Source of the DNA: Rhodospirillales bacterium
GTDB lineage: Bacteria > Pseudomonadota > Alphaproteobacteria > SP197
Assembly (NCBI GenBank): GCA_014323865.1
Contig: JACONG010000016.1
Location: 544,523 to 608,522, forward strand
Direction: 5' to 3'
DNA: 64,000 nt
The translations under genes were made by a program, and so were the position numbers. The notes beneath the pieces are model-generated. The model was not told where the DNA came from and did no database searches. It worked only from the letters and a program-made list of their open reading frames with translations. Within the stretch, counting starts at the first letter, position 1; each line of letters begins with the position of its first letter. Positions 35,544 through 44,755 of the stretch are shown one piece after another.

Positions 35544-36455
35544 ATGACTGCCCGCCCCCCTGTTCTCGATAGCACCGCCTGGCTTCTTCTGATCGCGCTC
35601 TCGCTCGTGTGGGGCGCGTCGTTCTTCTTCGCCGAGGTGGCGCTTGCCGACCTGCCGCCGGTGACCATCGTTGCGGCCCGCATGGTGATCGGCGCGGCGG
35701 GGCTTTGGGTCATCGTCGCTATCGTTCGGGTCGTCCTTCCCCGGGATCGACGGACATGGTGTGACCTCCTGGTAATGGGGTTGCTGAACAACGCGCTGCC
35801 GTTCTGCCTGATCGTGTCGAGCCAGGTCTGGGTCACCGGCGGGTTCGCCAGTGTGCTGAATGCCACCACGCCCGTGTTCGGCGTCATCGCCGCCCACGTC
35901 TTCACCACTGATGAACGCCTCACGCCCAATCGGCTGGCGGGTGTCGTGCTGGGCTTCCTCGGCGTCGTCGTGCTGATGGGCCCGTCGATCCTTGGGAACG
36001 TCTCGGACCAGATCATCGGCGGCCTGCTGCTGATCGCTGCGGCGATCTCCTACGCGACGGCCGGTCTCTGGGGGCGGCGTCTGCGTCATCTGCCGCCGGT
36101 CAGCGCGGCAACCTGCCAGGCCAGTTGCTCGATGGTGATGCTGGTGCCGTTGGCGCTTGTCGTCGATGCGCCATGGGCGCTTCCCAACCCGTCGATCGAG
36201 GTCTGGCTCTCGCTCCTGGGTATCGGCCTGCTGTCGACCTCGCTCGCCTATCTGATGTTCTTCGCTATCCTCAAACGGGCGGGCGGCAGCAACGTCATGC
36301 TCGTGACGCTGATGGTGCCGCCCAGCGCCACCCTGCTCGGGGTGCTCGTGCTGGCCGAACCGGTCAGCACCGGGCAGCTCATCGGCATGGTCCTGATCTG
36401 TCTCGGCCTCGTCGCCATCGACGGACGCCTGCTGCGCCGGTTCCGAACGGCATGA
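35544..36455 (+). CDS. DMT-superfamily (EamA-like) transporter
   Basis: 10 predicted TM segments with the two-EamA-repeat architecture; 303 aa. Confidence 0.85.
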   Translation: MTARPPVLDSTAWLLLIALSLVWGASFFFAEVALADLPPVTIVAARMVIGAAGLWVIVAIVRVVLPRDRRTWCDLLVMGLLNNALPFCLIVSSQVWVTGGFASVLNATTPVFGVIAAHVFTTDERLTPNRLAGVVLGFLGVVVLMGPSILGNVSDQIIGGLLLIAAAISYATAGLWGRRLRHLPPVSAATCQASCSMVMLVPLALVVDAPWALPNPSIEVWLSLLGIGLLSTSLAYLMFFAILKRAGGSNVMLVTLMVPPSATLLGVLVLAEPVSTGQLIGMVLICLGLVAIDGRLLRRFRTA

Positions 36456-36877
36456 AAACGACCGAGCGCGTCTTCTTCGGCCAGTGGGTTGCCTGGACCG
36501 GCTTCCTCATGGCGCTCTTCGCTCTGAGGGTTCGGATTCTACCGGTTCGACGTCTACCTGGGCTGGCGAAACCGAATGTCGCGCTGATCATGAGGCTCTG
36601 CGGTCTCGTCATCGACCGGATCGTCTTTGCCATGGGCTTGGGCTGCCAGGTCACGCTGTCGGGCCTGATCGCCCAGGTCGAGTTCTCACGCGCCGACTTC
36701 GCGCGCGCAATTGCGCCGATCGTCGCGATCACCCGGTTCACCTGTGCCTTCGGCCCGGGCGTCGTCGGTGTCATCGCCGATGTCGCGCACGGCTACGGCA
36801 CAGCGTTGGCGCTCACCACGGCTGCGATGCTGGTTGCATCGGCGGTCCTAATCGTCGTTGGCCGGCCCCGTGCCTGA
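36452..36877 (+). CDS. Small membrane protein (141 aa), resembles the C-terminal 3–4 helices of an MFS transporter
   Basis: Its ATG overlaps the upstream TGA (ATGA coupling). Hydrophobic helices: …GLVIDRIVFAMGLGCQVTLSGLIAQ… and AFGPGVVGVIADVAHGYGTALALTTAAMLVASAVLIVVG. Confidence 0.45.
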   Translation: MKTTERVFFGQWVAWTGFLMALFALRVRILPVRRLPGLAKPNVALIMRLCGLVIDRIVFAMGLGCQVTLSGLIAQVEFSRADFARAIAPIVAITRFTCAFGPGVVGVIADVAHGYGTALALTTAAMLVASAVLIVVGRPRA

Positions 36878-37071
36878 AGCGGACGGTGCTGCGGGCAGCG
36901 ACCGTACATCATGAAGATGACGCGGCCCGGTTCAATGACTTCGACGCGGTGCCACGTGCTGTGCGGCATCACCATGGTCGGGTGATCGCCGTCGAGCCGC
37001 GCGATCTCGTCGGTCCTGTCATCGACCGTGATCGGGCTCGCCATCAGTTCGGGCCAGAAGCTCTCGGGCAC
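36793..37071 (-). CDS. Possible small cupin-like protein (92 aa); weak call
   Basis: …PHSTWHRVEVIEPGRVIFMM has a cupin-like H-x-H…E…G pattern. It overlaps the 3' end of the previous ORF by 85 nt, so one of the two may be spurious. Confidence 0.25.
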   Translation of the reverse strand: MPESFWPELMASPITVDDRTDEIARLDGDHPTMVMPHSTWHRVEVIEPGRVIFMMYGRCPQHRPLQARGRPTTIRTADATSIAAVVSANAVP

Positions 37072-37147
37072 CTCCAGCGGTTCGACCGCCCATCGCCCCT
37101 GAGATAGCTGCAGGTTCGGGCAGGATCGTGTGCCCGGGCCATGGCCG

Positions 37148-37780
37148 TCAGCCGAGGTCGACCGTCTCGACCCCGTGGCGTTCCAGCAGGGCCGCGATCT
37201 TCAGACGCTTCTGAATGCGGCTGACGAGCCCTGCGACATTGGTCTCGCGCGCGAACATCGCGGGGTAGTCGTGGTGCATGTAGGCCTCGGTCACGAACAG
37301 GATGTCGGCCGTGGTGAAGCTCTCGCCGCAGAGCCATGTCCGGCCGGCGATGGTCGCGTTGATCTGGGACCAGAGGTTATCGTTGTTGATCTCCGCCTGG
37401 CGCTTCACGCCGCCGATGCCGCTTTCCTCGTCCGTGTACCAGTCGGCGTGGAACCAGTTGGCGACGGCCGGATGCACCATGGAGTTGAGATAGAGCATCC
37501 ACTCGTACCAGCGGGCGCGCTCGGCGCTGCCGACCGCCGGCGCGAGGCCCGTGTCGGGATGTTTGTCGGCCAGGTGCATGGCGATCGCCGAGCCCTCAAT
37601 GATGACGAGATCACCGTCGACCAGCGTCGGCACGAGACCGTCGGCACGAAGCTTCAGGTAGTTCGGATCGTCGGACCGGCCATCGGGCAGGGTGATGAGA
37701 TCGTAAGTGACGCCAATCTCGTCCATCGTGCCTTCGGGCACCATCGACATCGTGTAGGGCTTGCCGTAGAGGCGATACAT
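37148..37780 (-). CDS. Glutathione S-transferase
   Basis: MYRLYGKPYTMS…LVPTLVDGDLVIIEGSAIAMHLADKHP is the GST N-terminal thioredoxin-like domain; a C-terminal helical domain follows. Confidence 0.85.
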   Translation of the reverse strand: MYRLYGKPYTMSMVPEGTMDEIGVTYDLITLPDGRSDDPNYLKLRADGLVPTLVDGDLVIIEGSAIAMHLADKHPDTGLAPAVGSAERARWYEWMLYLNSMVHPAVANWFHADWYTDEESGIGGVKRQAEINNDNLWSQINATIAGRTWLCGESFTTADILFVTEAYMHHDYPAMFARETNVAGLVSRIQKRLKIAALLERHGVETVDLG

Positions 37781-37854
37781 GGCGATCTCCCGGTTGCGCA
37801 ATTCCCGGAGGGTAGCCGCCCGCCCGAAGCGCCGCCAGCGAGGAGACAGTCACG

Positions 37855-38751
37855 ATGCCCCACATCACCGCGAACGGGATCAAGATCTACGTCGAGAGCA
37901 ACGGCGACCCCAAGGGTACGCCGCTCCTGATTGTGCGCGGGCTCGGCAGCCAGATCATTCACTGGCCCCGGGCGATGATCGATCGCTGGGTCGAGCAGGG
38001 CTTCTTTGTCATCACGCCCGACAACCGCGATGCCGGCCTTTCGCAGAAGTTCGACGACTTCGGTCCCATTGACGAGACCGATCTTGCCTGCAAGGCCGAG
38101 GCCGGGTTGCCGATCGACGCCCCCTACGCTGTCAGCGCTTTTGCCGATGACCATGCCGGCGTGCTCGATCACTTCGGCATCGACCGCGCACACATCTTCG
38201 GCGTCTCCATGGGCGGCATGATCGTGCAGGTGATGGCCGCGCTGCATCCCGACCGTGTCATCACCATGACGTCGGTGATGTCATCATCGGGCAATCCCGA
38301 CATTCCATTGGGTTCCCCGGAGGTGCGCGAGCTTCTTCTGGCCCAGCCAGATGATCCGAACGATCGCGACTCCGTCATCGCCTTCACGCTCAGGTGCGAC
38401 CGCGTCTGGGGCAGCCCCGGTTATCCCTTCGACGATGCCGAGCGCGCGGACCTGATCGGCCGCGCCTTCGACCGTTGCTGGACGCCCGAAGGCGTCAAGA
38501 GGCACTACGCCGCGGTACGGTCGAGCGGTTCGCGGGTCGAACTGCTGAAGACGATCACCGCACCCAGCCTCGTGATCCACGGTCTCGCCGATACGCTGAT
38601 CCAACCCGAACACGGGCGCGACACCGTCCGCAACATCCCCGGCGCCACGCTAATCGAGATCACGGGTATGGGGCACGATCTGGAAGGCGCGTTGGGGCCG
38701 TTGATCGCCGATTACGTCGCCCGTCACGTCGAGCGGAATTCTTCGGCCTGA
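37855..38751 (+). CDS. Alpha/beta-fold hydrolase
   Basis: TPLLIVRGLGSQ…FGVSMGGMIVQ (nucleophile elbow GxSxG) and a C-terminal HGLADTLI…MGHD. Confidence 0.85.
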   Translation: MPHITANGIKIYVESNGDPKGTPLLIVRGLGSQIIHWPRAMIDRWVEQGFFVITPDNRDAGLSQKFDDFGPIDETDLACKAEAGLPIDAPYAVSAFADDHAGVLDHFGIDRAHIFGVSMGGMIVQVMAALHPDRVITMTSVMSSSGNPDIPLGSPEVRELLLAQPDDPNDRDSVIAFTLRCDRVWGSPGYPFDDAERADLIGRAFDRCWTPEGVKRHYAAVRSSGSRVELLKTITAPSLVIHGLADTLIQPEHGRDTVRNIPGATLIEITGMGHDLEGALGPLIADYVARHVERNSSA

Positions 38752-39659
38752 AAGGTCTCGAGCACCCACGCTCGGAACGCTGCGACCGGCGGCTTGCCGA
38801 GCGCCTCGGGCGGGCTGACGAAGTAGATGCCGAACTCCAGGTTGATGCTGTCGTCGCCGCAGAAGGGGCGTATCAGGTGGCCGTCATCGAGTTCGTCCGA
38901 CGCCATGTCGGCGGAGACGAGGGCGACACCGCGGCCCAGCACGGCGGCCTGGACGACCAGCGGCGCACCGTCGAACCGGTCGCCGCGTGAGGCGCCGATG
39001 CCGTCGACGCCAAGCGTCTTCAGCCACATGTCCCAACCGGGCCGGATCCCCGAGCCGTAGACCCAGCTATCGTCGTGCAGCAGGTTGTGGTGGCGCAGGT
39101 CAGCCGGTTCCCTGAGAGGGTGCTCTCCTTCGTTCAGCTTCGGTGAGCACACCGGGAAGAGCTGTACGCGCGAGAGCTGGTCGATCTGCATGCCGGGATA
39201 GAGCCCACGCCCGAAGCGTAGCGCGGCATCGACATGACCGGCGCTGAGATCGACCAGTTGGTTGGAGACCGACACACGCACCTCGATTTCCGGGTGGCGC
39301 TCTTCGAAGGAGCCGAGCCGGGGCATGAGCCAGCGCGAGCCCAGCGACGGCGAGGTCGTCACCGTGAGTGTTTCGTCGTCACCCAAGCGGTCGAGCCGCG
39401 AAAGCGCCCGCTGCAGGGTCTGAAACGCCTGGGTGGTCTCGGGCAGCAGCGTGCGCCCGGCTTCAGTGAGATGAACCGCGCGTGTGCGGCGCTCGAAGAG
39501 GCGCACGCCAAGCCTGTCCTCGAGCCCGCGTATCTGATGGCTGATGGCGGCCGGCGTGACCGCGAGTTCTTCGGCCGCTGCCGTGAACGAGAGATGGCGG
39601 GCTGCAGCGTCGAAGGCGCGGAGGCCGTTCAGAGGCAGGGTCGAAAGGCGAACGTCCAT
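38724..39659 (-). CDS. LysR-family transcriptional regulator (GcvA-like)
   Basis: HTH region LNGLRAFDAAARHLSFTAAAEELAVTPAAISHQIRGLEDRLGVRLFERRTR, with a periplasmic-binding-protein-like effector domain. Confidence 0.9.
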   Translation of the reverse strand: MDVRLSTLPLNGLRAFDAAARHLSFTAAAEELAVTPAAISHQIRGLEDRLGVRLFERRTRAVHLTEAGRTLLPETTQAFQTLQRALSRLDRLGDDETLTVTTSPSLGSRWLMPRLGSFEERHPEIEVRVSVSNQLVDLSAGHVDAALRFGRGLYPGMQIDQLSRVQLFPVCSPKLNEGEHPLREPADLRHHNLLHDDSWVYGSGIRPGWDMWLKTLGVDGIGASRGDRFDGAPLVVQAAVLGRGVALVSADMASDELDDGHLIRPFCGDDSINLEFGIYFVSPPEALGKPPVAAFRAWVLETFQAEEFRST

Positions 39660-39784
39660 GGTACCATAGTTAAGCTCATCTCATGTATATGACGAAAACT
39701 CATCGTTCGTCAACAGCTCAGGAAATTTCGATATTCTCTCTCAAGGAACACGGTACCTTGATACCACAGACAAGGAGAACTCGC

Positions 39785-40072
39785 ATGCACCAAAGACACT
39801 CCTCGATCGCCGGCCAGCTTGTTGAAGACCGCATCTCCCGTATCTCGGCCCCGGCTGATAAGGCGCGTGGTCTGTTCTCGAGCCTGGTAGAGGCGGCAGT
39901 CCGGATCTGGCATGTGAACCGGAAGCACCGCGAAGCCCAACGGGCGCTGCGCCGGATGACGCCACAGCAGCTCGACGACAGTGTGCTGTCGCGCTCGGTC
40001 GATCCGGTCGCCTCGCCCTTCCTCACCATTTCGGGCCAGCCTCTTCACCGGGACATGCGGCGCTACCTCTGA
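39785..40072 (+). CDS. DUF1127-family small protein
   Basis: RBS AAGGAGAA. The C-terminal motif …RIWHVNRKHREAQRALRRMTPQQLDDSVLSRSVDP matches the DUF1127 pattern. Divergent from the LysR gene. Confidence 0.65.
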   Translation: MHQRHSSIAGQLVEDRISRISAPADKARGLFSSLVEAAVRIWHVNRKHREAQRALRRMTPQQLDDSVLSRSVDPVASPFLTISGQPLHRDMRRYL

Positions 40073-40254
40073 GCCCCGATCCCGCGGTGCGCGGGGTGGA
40101 ACGACAGGAGGTTCCACCCCGCCGTGATCCGCTCTGGCGTTTGGCGCCACGGTTCCGGCGGCGCCATGTTTCCCTCCCAAGGTCTTCCCTCCAGAAACGA
40201 CATCTCGGCGACCGGCCCGTCGCGGCTGTGCCGTTGTTCGTCTGGTAGTACGGG

Positions 40255-41166
40255 TCAGCTTGCTGCGAGCGCGTCCTGGGCCTCGGCGGCCTCGTCCAGC
40301 AGCCAACCGCGAAAGGCCGCCACCTTGGGCTTGCGCGCGCTGCCCTTGGGGTAGACCAGCCAGTGCGAGAGGTTCTCGTCGGTCAGGTCACCGAACGGCA
40401 TGACCAGCCTGCCGTCGTCAAGGTCGTCCTGCATGATGATCCGGCTGCCGAGCGCGATGCCGAGTCCGGCGGCAGCTGCCTCAAGCGCGAGATCGCTGGA
40501 ATCGAAGAACAGCCCCCGGCTGCCGTCGATGCCCTTCACATGCAGCGCCGAGAGCCAGTAGCGCCAGTCCTCGTCGTTGGCTTCGTGCAGCAGCGTGTGG
40601 TGGCGCAGGTCTTCCGGCGACTTCAGCGGCGGATCGCGGGTCAGAAGCTCGGGGCTGCAGACCGCGATGAAACGGTCCTCGAACAGCTTGTCGGAATCCA
40701 GCCCCGGCCATGAGCCGGTACCATAACGGATGCCGCAGTCGACATCCTCGCGGTTGAAGTCGACGTTGCGCTCGGTCGTCACCATGCGCACCTCGATGTC
40801 GGGATGCTTGATCTGGAAGTCGCGCAGGCGCGGGATGAACCAGCGCACGGCGAAGGTCGGCAGCATGGTGACCGACAGCGGTCCGTGAGCGTCGTGGCTG
40901 ACGATGAGATCGGTGCCGTCGGCGATCAGGTCGAAAGCCTGGCGCAGAAACGGCAGGTAGATCTCGCCTTCTTCGGTAAGCCAGAGGCCCCGTCCGTGGC
41001 GCTCGAACAGGCGCACGGCGAGACGTTCCTCGAGCGCCTTGACCTGATGGCTCACGGCCGCCTGCGTGACATTGAGCTCTTTGGCAGCGCGGGTGAACGA
41101 CAGGTGCCGCGCGGCGGCCTCGAAGGCGCGCAGCGCATTCAGGGGAGGGAGTTTGCGACCGCTCAT
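40255..41166 (-). CDS. LysR-family transcriptional regulator (GcvA-like), paralog of 38724..39659
   Basis: LNALRAFEAAARHLSFTRAAKELNVTQAAVSHQVKALEERLAVRLFERHGR; same domain order as the upstream paralog. Confidence 0.9.
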   Translation of the reverse strand: MSGRKLPPLNALRAFEAAARHLSFTRAAKELNVTQAAVSHQVKALEERLAVRLFERHGRGLWLTEEGEIYLPFLRQAFDLIADGTDLIVSHDAHGPLSVTMLPTFAVRWFIPRLRDFQIKHPDIEVRMVTTERNVDFNREDVDCGIRYGTGSWPGLDSDKLFEDRFIAVCSPELLTRDPPLKSPEDLRHHTLLHEANDEDWRYWLSALHVKGIDGSRGLFFDSSDLALEAAAAGLGIALGSRIIMQDDLDDGRLVMPFGDLTDENLSHWLVYPKGSARKPKVAAFRGWLLDEAAEAQDALAAS

Positions 41167-41169
41167 GAG

Positions 41170-41188
41170 CCATTAACAAAGCTTATGG
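41170..41188. promoter_or_regulatory. Candidate LysR box (T-N11-A dyad) CCATTAACAAAGCTTATGG immediately upstream of the lysR-like start
   Basis: Partial palindrome CCAT…ATGG with TTAACAAAGCTTA = T-N11-A, lying in the divergent regulatory region. Confidence 0.3.
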
Positions 41189-41309
41189 CTGAGGTTACAA
41201 GATGTCGTTGGTCGATTCTGCCGTGAATCTCTATTTCCTCTTCATCGAAATGCAGATGGAACCGGCCAGAACGAGCCGGTCCACCGCAACAAACCTAAGG
41301 AGAAGTCCC

Positions 41310-41441
41310 ATGAAGTTCCTTTTCAAGCGTGACAACACCACGAATAACAGCCGCGAGATTCGCCGCCGGGTCGAAAGCCGGCGCGAGACCGTGTCCCCCT
41401 TCGGCGCCCCGCTCAACGCGCTGAAGCCGCTGATCGACTGA
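41310..41441 (+). CDS. Small ORF, 43 aa: MKFLFKRDNTTNNSREIRRRVESRRETVSPFGAPLNALKPLID
   Basis: RBS AAGGAGAAG 6 nt upstream. Divergent from the LysR gene and followed by a strong hairpin. Confidence 0.4.
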   Translation: MKFLFKRDNTTNNSREIRRRVESRRETVSPFGAPLNALKPLID

Positions 41442-41501
41442 TGCCCCCCGGATCCAAACCTGCCGGTCAACGTGGGGCGGACGCCGGGAGGAATGGACTT
41501 G

Positions 41502-41545
41502 GGAAAGGCAGAGACCCGCAAGGGTCTCCGCCTTTCCTGTGTCTG
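41502..41545 (+). terminator. Hairpin terminator after the first MKFLFKR ORF
   Basis: GGAAAGGCAGAGACCC-gcaa-GGGTCTCCGCCTTTCC, then TGTGTCTGG. Confidence 0.45.
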
Positions 41546-41654
41546 GTGTCACCGGTTGCACCGCAGCATGACCACATCTCTCGGCCGTGACAAACACCGA
41601 TGGATGCAGGGTGCCCCCGCCCGGTCCGCGGCCAGATCATCGAGGAGACCAGCC

Positions 41655-41792
41655 GTGAAGTTCCTGTTCAAACGCCGCGAAGACCCCCAACACCAATCAC
41701 CAGGTCCGACATCGCATCGTCGGGCGCGCTTGCCTCCGTGGCCATCGCCGTGCTCCTCGGCGACGACGTCGAAACCATGTTCACGATCTTGA
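41655..41792 (+). CDS. Second small ORF with a homologous start (GTG-KFLFKRRED…); the reading frame after the CCCCC run is uncertain
   Basis: The DNA around the start (AGGAGACCAGCCGTGAAGTTCCTGTTCAAACGC) parallels the first ORF (AGGAGAAGTCCCATGAAGTTCCTTTTCAAGCGT). A +1 frame after the C5 run gives a more protein-like tail ending at 41830 (…ALASVAIAVLLGDDVETMFTILSEAVQQAIESGD). Confidence 0.3.
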   Translation: MKFLFKRREDPQHQSPGPTSHRRARLPPWPSPCSSATTSKPCSRS

Positions 41793-41921
41793 GCGAGGCC
41801 GTTCAGCAGGCGATCGAGAGCGGCGACTGAACAGCGACAGCCGCTTCTTGCTGCTCCGATTCGACCATGTCACAATAAGAATGTTTCGCCGCCTGACGCC
41901 GTTTTTGCGCAGGACCCTGAC

Positions 41922-42947
41922 GTGATCTTTTTGTCTCTTCCCCACGATGCCCGCCTCGGTCACCTCCTGGCCGAGCGTGACGTACTGATCGCTGATGGGG
42001 CGACAGGCACCAATCTCTTCGCCCGCGGCCTGGAGACCGGTGATGCGCCGGAGCTCTGGAACGTCGACCATCCCGACCGGGTGCTCGACCACCACCGGTG
42101 CATGGTCGAGGCCGAAGCCGACATCATCCTGACCAACAGCTTCGGCGGCACACGCAACCGGCTCAAGCTGCATCAGGCACACGACAGGGTGACTGAGCTC
42201 AATTTGGCGGCGGCCCGGCTGGCTCGCCAGATTGCCGATGCTGCCGATCATCCCGTTCTGGTCTCGGGATCGATGGGACCCACGGGCGAGATCATGGTGC
42301 CGGTCGGCGAGCTGACGCACGAGGAGGCCACGGCGGCCTTCGGCGAACAGGCCGCGGCGCTCGCCGAGGGCGGCGCCGACATGATTTGGATCGAGACCAT
42401 GAGCTCCGAGGAGGAAGCGCGTGCCGCGATCGAAGGGTCGGAATCGTCGGGTTTGCCGATCGTTTGCACCATGACCTTCGACACCAATGGCCGCACCATG
42501 ATGGGTGTGACGCCTGAGGGCGCCGCGAACTTCTTCGGCGCGAGCCAGCCCAGGCTTGCCGCCTGCGGTGCCAACTGCGGCAACGGCTTCGGCGAACTGG
42601 TCGCCGCCGTTGCGGGCATCGGCGCGGCCTGCGAGGCCGATCGTGTGCTGATCGCCAAGGCCAACTGCGGACTGCCGGAGTATGTCGATGGGGAGATCCG
42701 CTACTCGGGCACGCCCGAGATCATGCGGACCTATGCCCGGCTCGCGCGCGATGCCGGTGCCCGCATCATCGGCGGTTGCTGCGGCTCCACACCCGAACAC
42801 GTCGCGGCCATGGCCGACGAGCTGCGGGGCTATGTGCCAGGCGAACGCCCGGATCTTGCGGTGATCGAGTCCGTCCTCGGCCTCAACCGCGTGGCGCCGC
42901 CGCCCGACGCCGAAGGACGCAAGCGCCGATCACGCCGCCGGACCTGA
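41922..42947 (+). CDS. Homocysteine S-methyltransferase family protein (BHMT/MmuM-like)
   Basis: …LIADGATGTNLF…ILTNSFGGT…GANCGNG…IGGCCGSTPEH: Zn-binding Cys residues and TIM-barrel Hcy-binding-domain motifs. Confidence 0.85.
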   Translation: MIFLSLPHDARLGHLLAERDVLIADGATGTNLFARGLETGDAPELWNVDHPDRVLDHHRCMVEAEADIILTNSFGGTRNRLKLHQAHDRVTELNLAAARLARQIADAADHPVLVSGSMGPTGEIMVPVGELTHEEATAAFGEQAAALAEGGADMIWIETMSSEEEARAAIEGSESSGLPIVCTMTFDTNGRTMMGVTPEGAANFFGASQPRLAACGANCGNGFGELVAAVAGIGAACEADRVLIAKANCGLPEYVDGEIRYSGTPEIMRTYARLARDAGARIIGGCCGSTPEHVAAMADELRGYVPGERPDLAVIESVLGLNRVAPPPDAEGRKRRSRRRT

Positions 42948-43052
42948 CTGCTGCAGCGCAACATTTCTCCAGATCCTTTGTGACCCCATAGTTGCGGCGG
43001 GCGAGCGGATCGCTATGGTGCGCCGCACAATCCGCGAACCCTGGAGCGCACC

Positions 43053-43472
43053 GTGTCTGATCCGCTTGATGCCCTCACCGTCGGTCGGTCCGACAGCTAC
43101 ACCCGTACCGTCACCGAAGCCGACATCGTGCTGTTCGCCGGCGTCTCAGGCGACGACAACCCGGTCCACCTCAACGAGCCCTGGGCGGCCCAGACCATGT
43201 TCAAGGGCCGCATCGCCCACGGCATGCTCTCGGCGGGTTACATCTCAACCGTCATCGGCACCCGCCTGCCCGGTCCGGGTTCAATCTACATGAGCCAGAA
43301 TCTCAAGTTCAAGGCGCCGGTCCGCATCGGCGACACCGTGACGGCGACCGTCACCGTGCGCGAGATCAACACCGAGAAGCGCCGCCTGACGCTCGACACC
43401 GTCTGCACCGTCGGCGAGGCCGTCGTGATTGACGGCGAAGCCATGGTGATGCTGCCGAAGCCGTCGGCGTAG
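43053..43472 (+). CDS. MaoC-like (R)-specific enoyl-CoA hydratase / hot-dog fold dehydratase
   Basis: …FAGVSGDDNPVHLNEPWAAQTMFKGRIAHGMLSAGYIS is the MaoC dehydratase signature. Confidence 0.85.
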   Translation: MSDPLDALTVGRSDSYTRTVTEADIVLFAGVSGDDNPVHLNEPWAAQTMFKGRIAHGMLSAGYISTVIGTRLPGPGSIYMSQNLKFKAPVRIGDTVTATVTVREINTEKRRLTLDTVCTVGEAVVIDGEAMVMLPKPSA

Positions 43473-43495
43473 CCGACGGTGTCTTTGTTTGTTGG
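43461..43495 (+). terminator. Rho-independent terminator at the maoC-like stop
   Basis: CCGTCGGC-gta-GCCGACGG followed by TGTCTTTGTTTGTT. It is part of a longer hairpin reaching GGCCAAACAAACAAAAA (to 43553). Confidence 0.5.
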
Positions 43496-43591
43496 TCTAG
43501 CCTTGGTCGCCGAGTGGAGCGAGGGCCGGCGCGTGAGGCCAAACAAACAAAAATGATGCTGCCCGGCGTCTGAGAAGCTACGACACCAGCC

Positions 43592-44611
43592 ATGCGTATC
43601 CTCCGGCATCCTGCTTCGACCCCGGCCGATCTTCGTGGTGCTGTCATGGCACTCGGCAACTTCGACGGCGTGCACCGCGGGCACCAGAGTGTCATTGCGC
43701 TGGCCCAGGCGATCGCGAAGGCCGAGGGTACACTGTCCGGCGTCGTCACCTTCGAGCCGCATCCGCGCAGCTTCTTCGGCGGTGACACCTCGCCCTTTCG
43801 TCTGACGCCCTTCCGCCAGAAGGCCCGCCTGCTCGCGGGCCTGGGCCTCGACCTCATGGTGAACCTCACCTTCGGCCCCATGATTGCAGGCCGGCTGGCT
43901 CAGGAGTTCGTCTCCGAGGATCTGCTCGACGGGCTTGGCGTGCGCCATGTCGTCACCGGTCCCGGCTTCGTCTTCGGCAAGGGCCGACGCGGCAACGGCC
44001 AGGTGCTTGCCCGCATGGCTGAGCGCGAGGGCTTCGGCTACACTGAGTCTCCGATCTTCCATCACGATGACAAGAAGGTGTCCTCGACCGAGGTGCGCGT
44101 GTTGCTGCGTCGCGGCCAGGTCGGCGCGGCGGCCCGGCTGATGGGTCATCCTTGGGAGTACGAGGCCCGTGTCCAGTCCGGCCACCAGCGCGGCCGCGAA
44201 ATGGGCTTCCCCACCGCCAACCAGGCGCTCGATGGCACGCTCCACCCCGGCCCCGGCATCTACGCCGTGCGCGCCGGCATCGTGGAGGGCATGACGACCA
44301 CCTGGCACGACGGCGCTGCCTACATCGGCACCCGCCCCACCTTCCAGGGCGAAACCGTGCTGCTCGAAACCAACCTCTTCGACTTCTCCGGCAACCTTTA
44401 CGGCAAACGCCTGCGCGTCGCGATGTTCGAACGCGTGCGCAAGGACATGACCTTCCGCGGCATGGAGGCTCTTGCCACGCAAATGGGGGAAGACTGCGCC
44501 AAGGCACGGGACGTGCTGGCGGGGCTCAGGGACCGGAGCGCTGAATCCTGCGGGCGTATGGCGGATGCTGGCGCCTCGCTCCACCTCGACATCCCCTCGC
44601 CCCGGTGCTAG
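43592..44611 (+). CDS. ribF: Bifunctional riboflavin kinase / FMN adenylyltransferase
   Basis: ALGNFDGVHRGHQ (FAD synthetase motif) with a C-terminal riboflavin kinase domain. Confidence 0.9.
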   Translation: MRILRHPASTPADLRGAVMALGNFDGVHRGHQSVIALAQAIAKAEGTLSGVVTFEPHPRSFFGGDTSPFRLTPFRQKARLLAGLGLDLMVNLTFGPMIAGRLAQEFVSEDLLDGLGVRHVVTGPGFVFGKGRRGNGQVLARMAEREGFGYTESPIFHHDDKKVSSTEVRVLLRRGQVGAAARLMGHPWEYEARVQSGHQRGREMGFPTANQALDGTLHPGPGIYAVRAGIVEGMTTTWHDGAAYIGTRPTFQGETVLLETNLFDFSGNLYGKRLRVAMFERVRKDMTFRGMEALATQMGEDCAKARDVLAGLRDRSAESCGRMADAGASLHLDIPSPRC

Positions 44612-44723
44612 ACATCGCGCCGTGCAAGCCCAGCGAAGCATAGGGATGGCCCCGCGAATCATCGACCCGAACCGCGACTGAGGGCCGGGCGCTGCGACGT
44701 GTCCCTCTTTTGCTTCCCGACTG

Positions 44724-44750
44724 CCGGATAACACTCCCGCCGGATAACAC
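44724..44750 (+). repeat. Tandem direct repeat CCGGATAACAC ×2 (16-bp period) ending 5 nt before the ileS ATG
   Basis: CCGGATAACACTCCCGCCGGATAACACGCCCAATG. Confidence 0.3.
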
Positions 44751-44755
44751 GCCCA

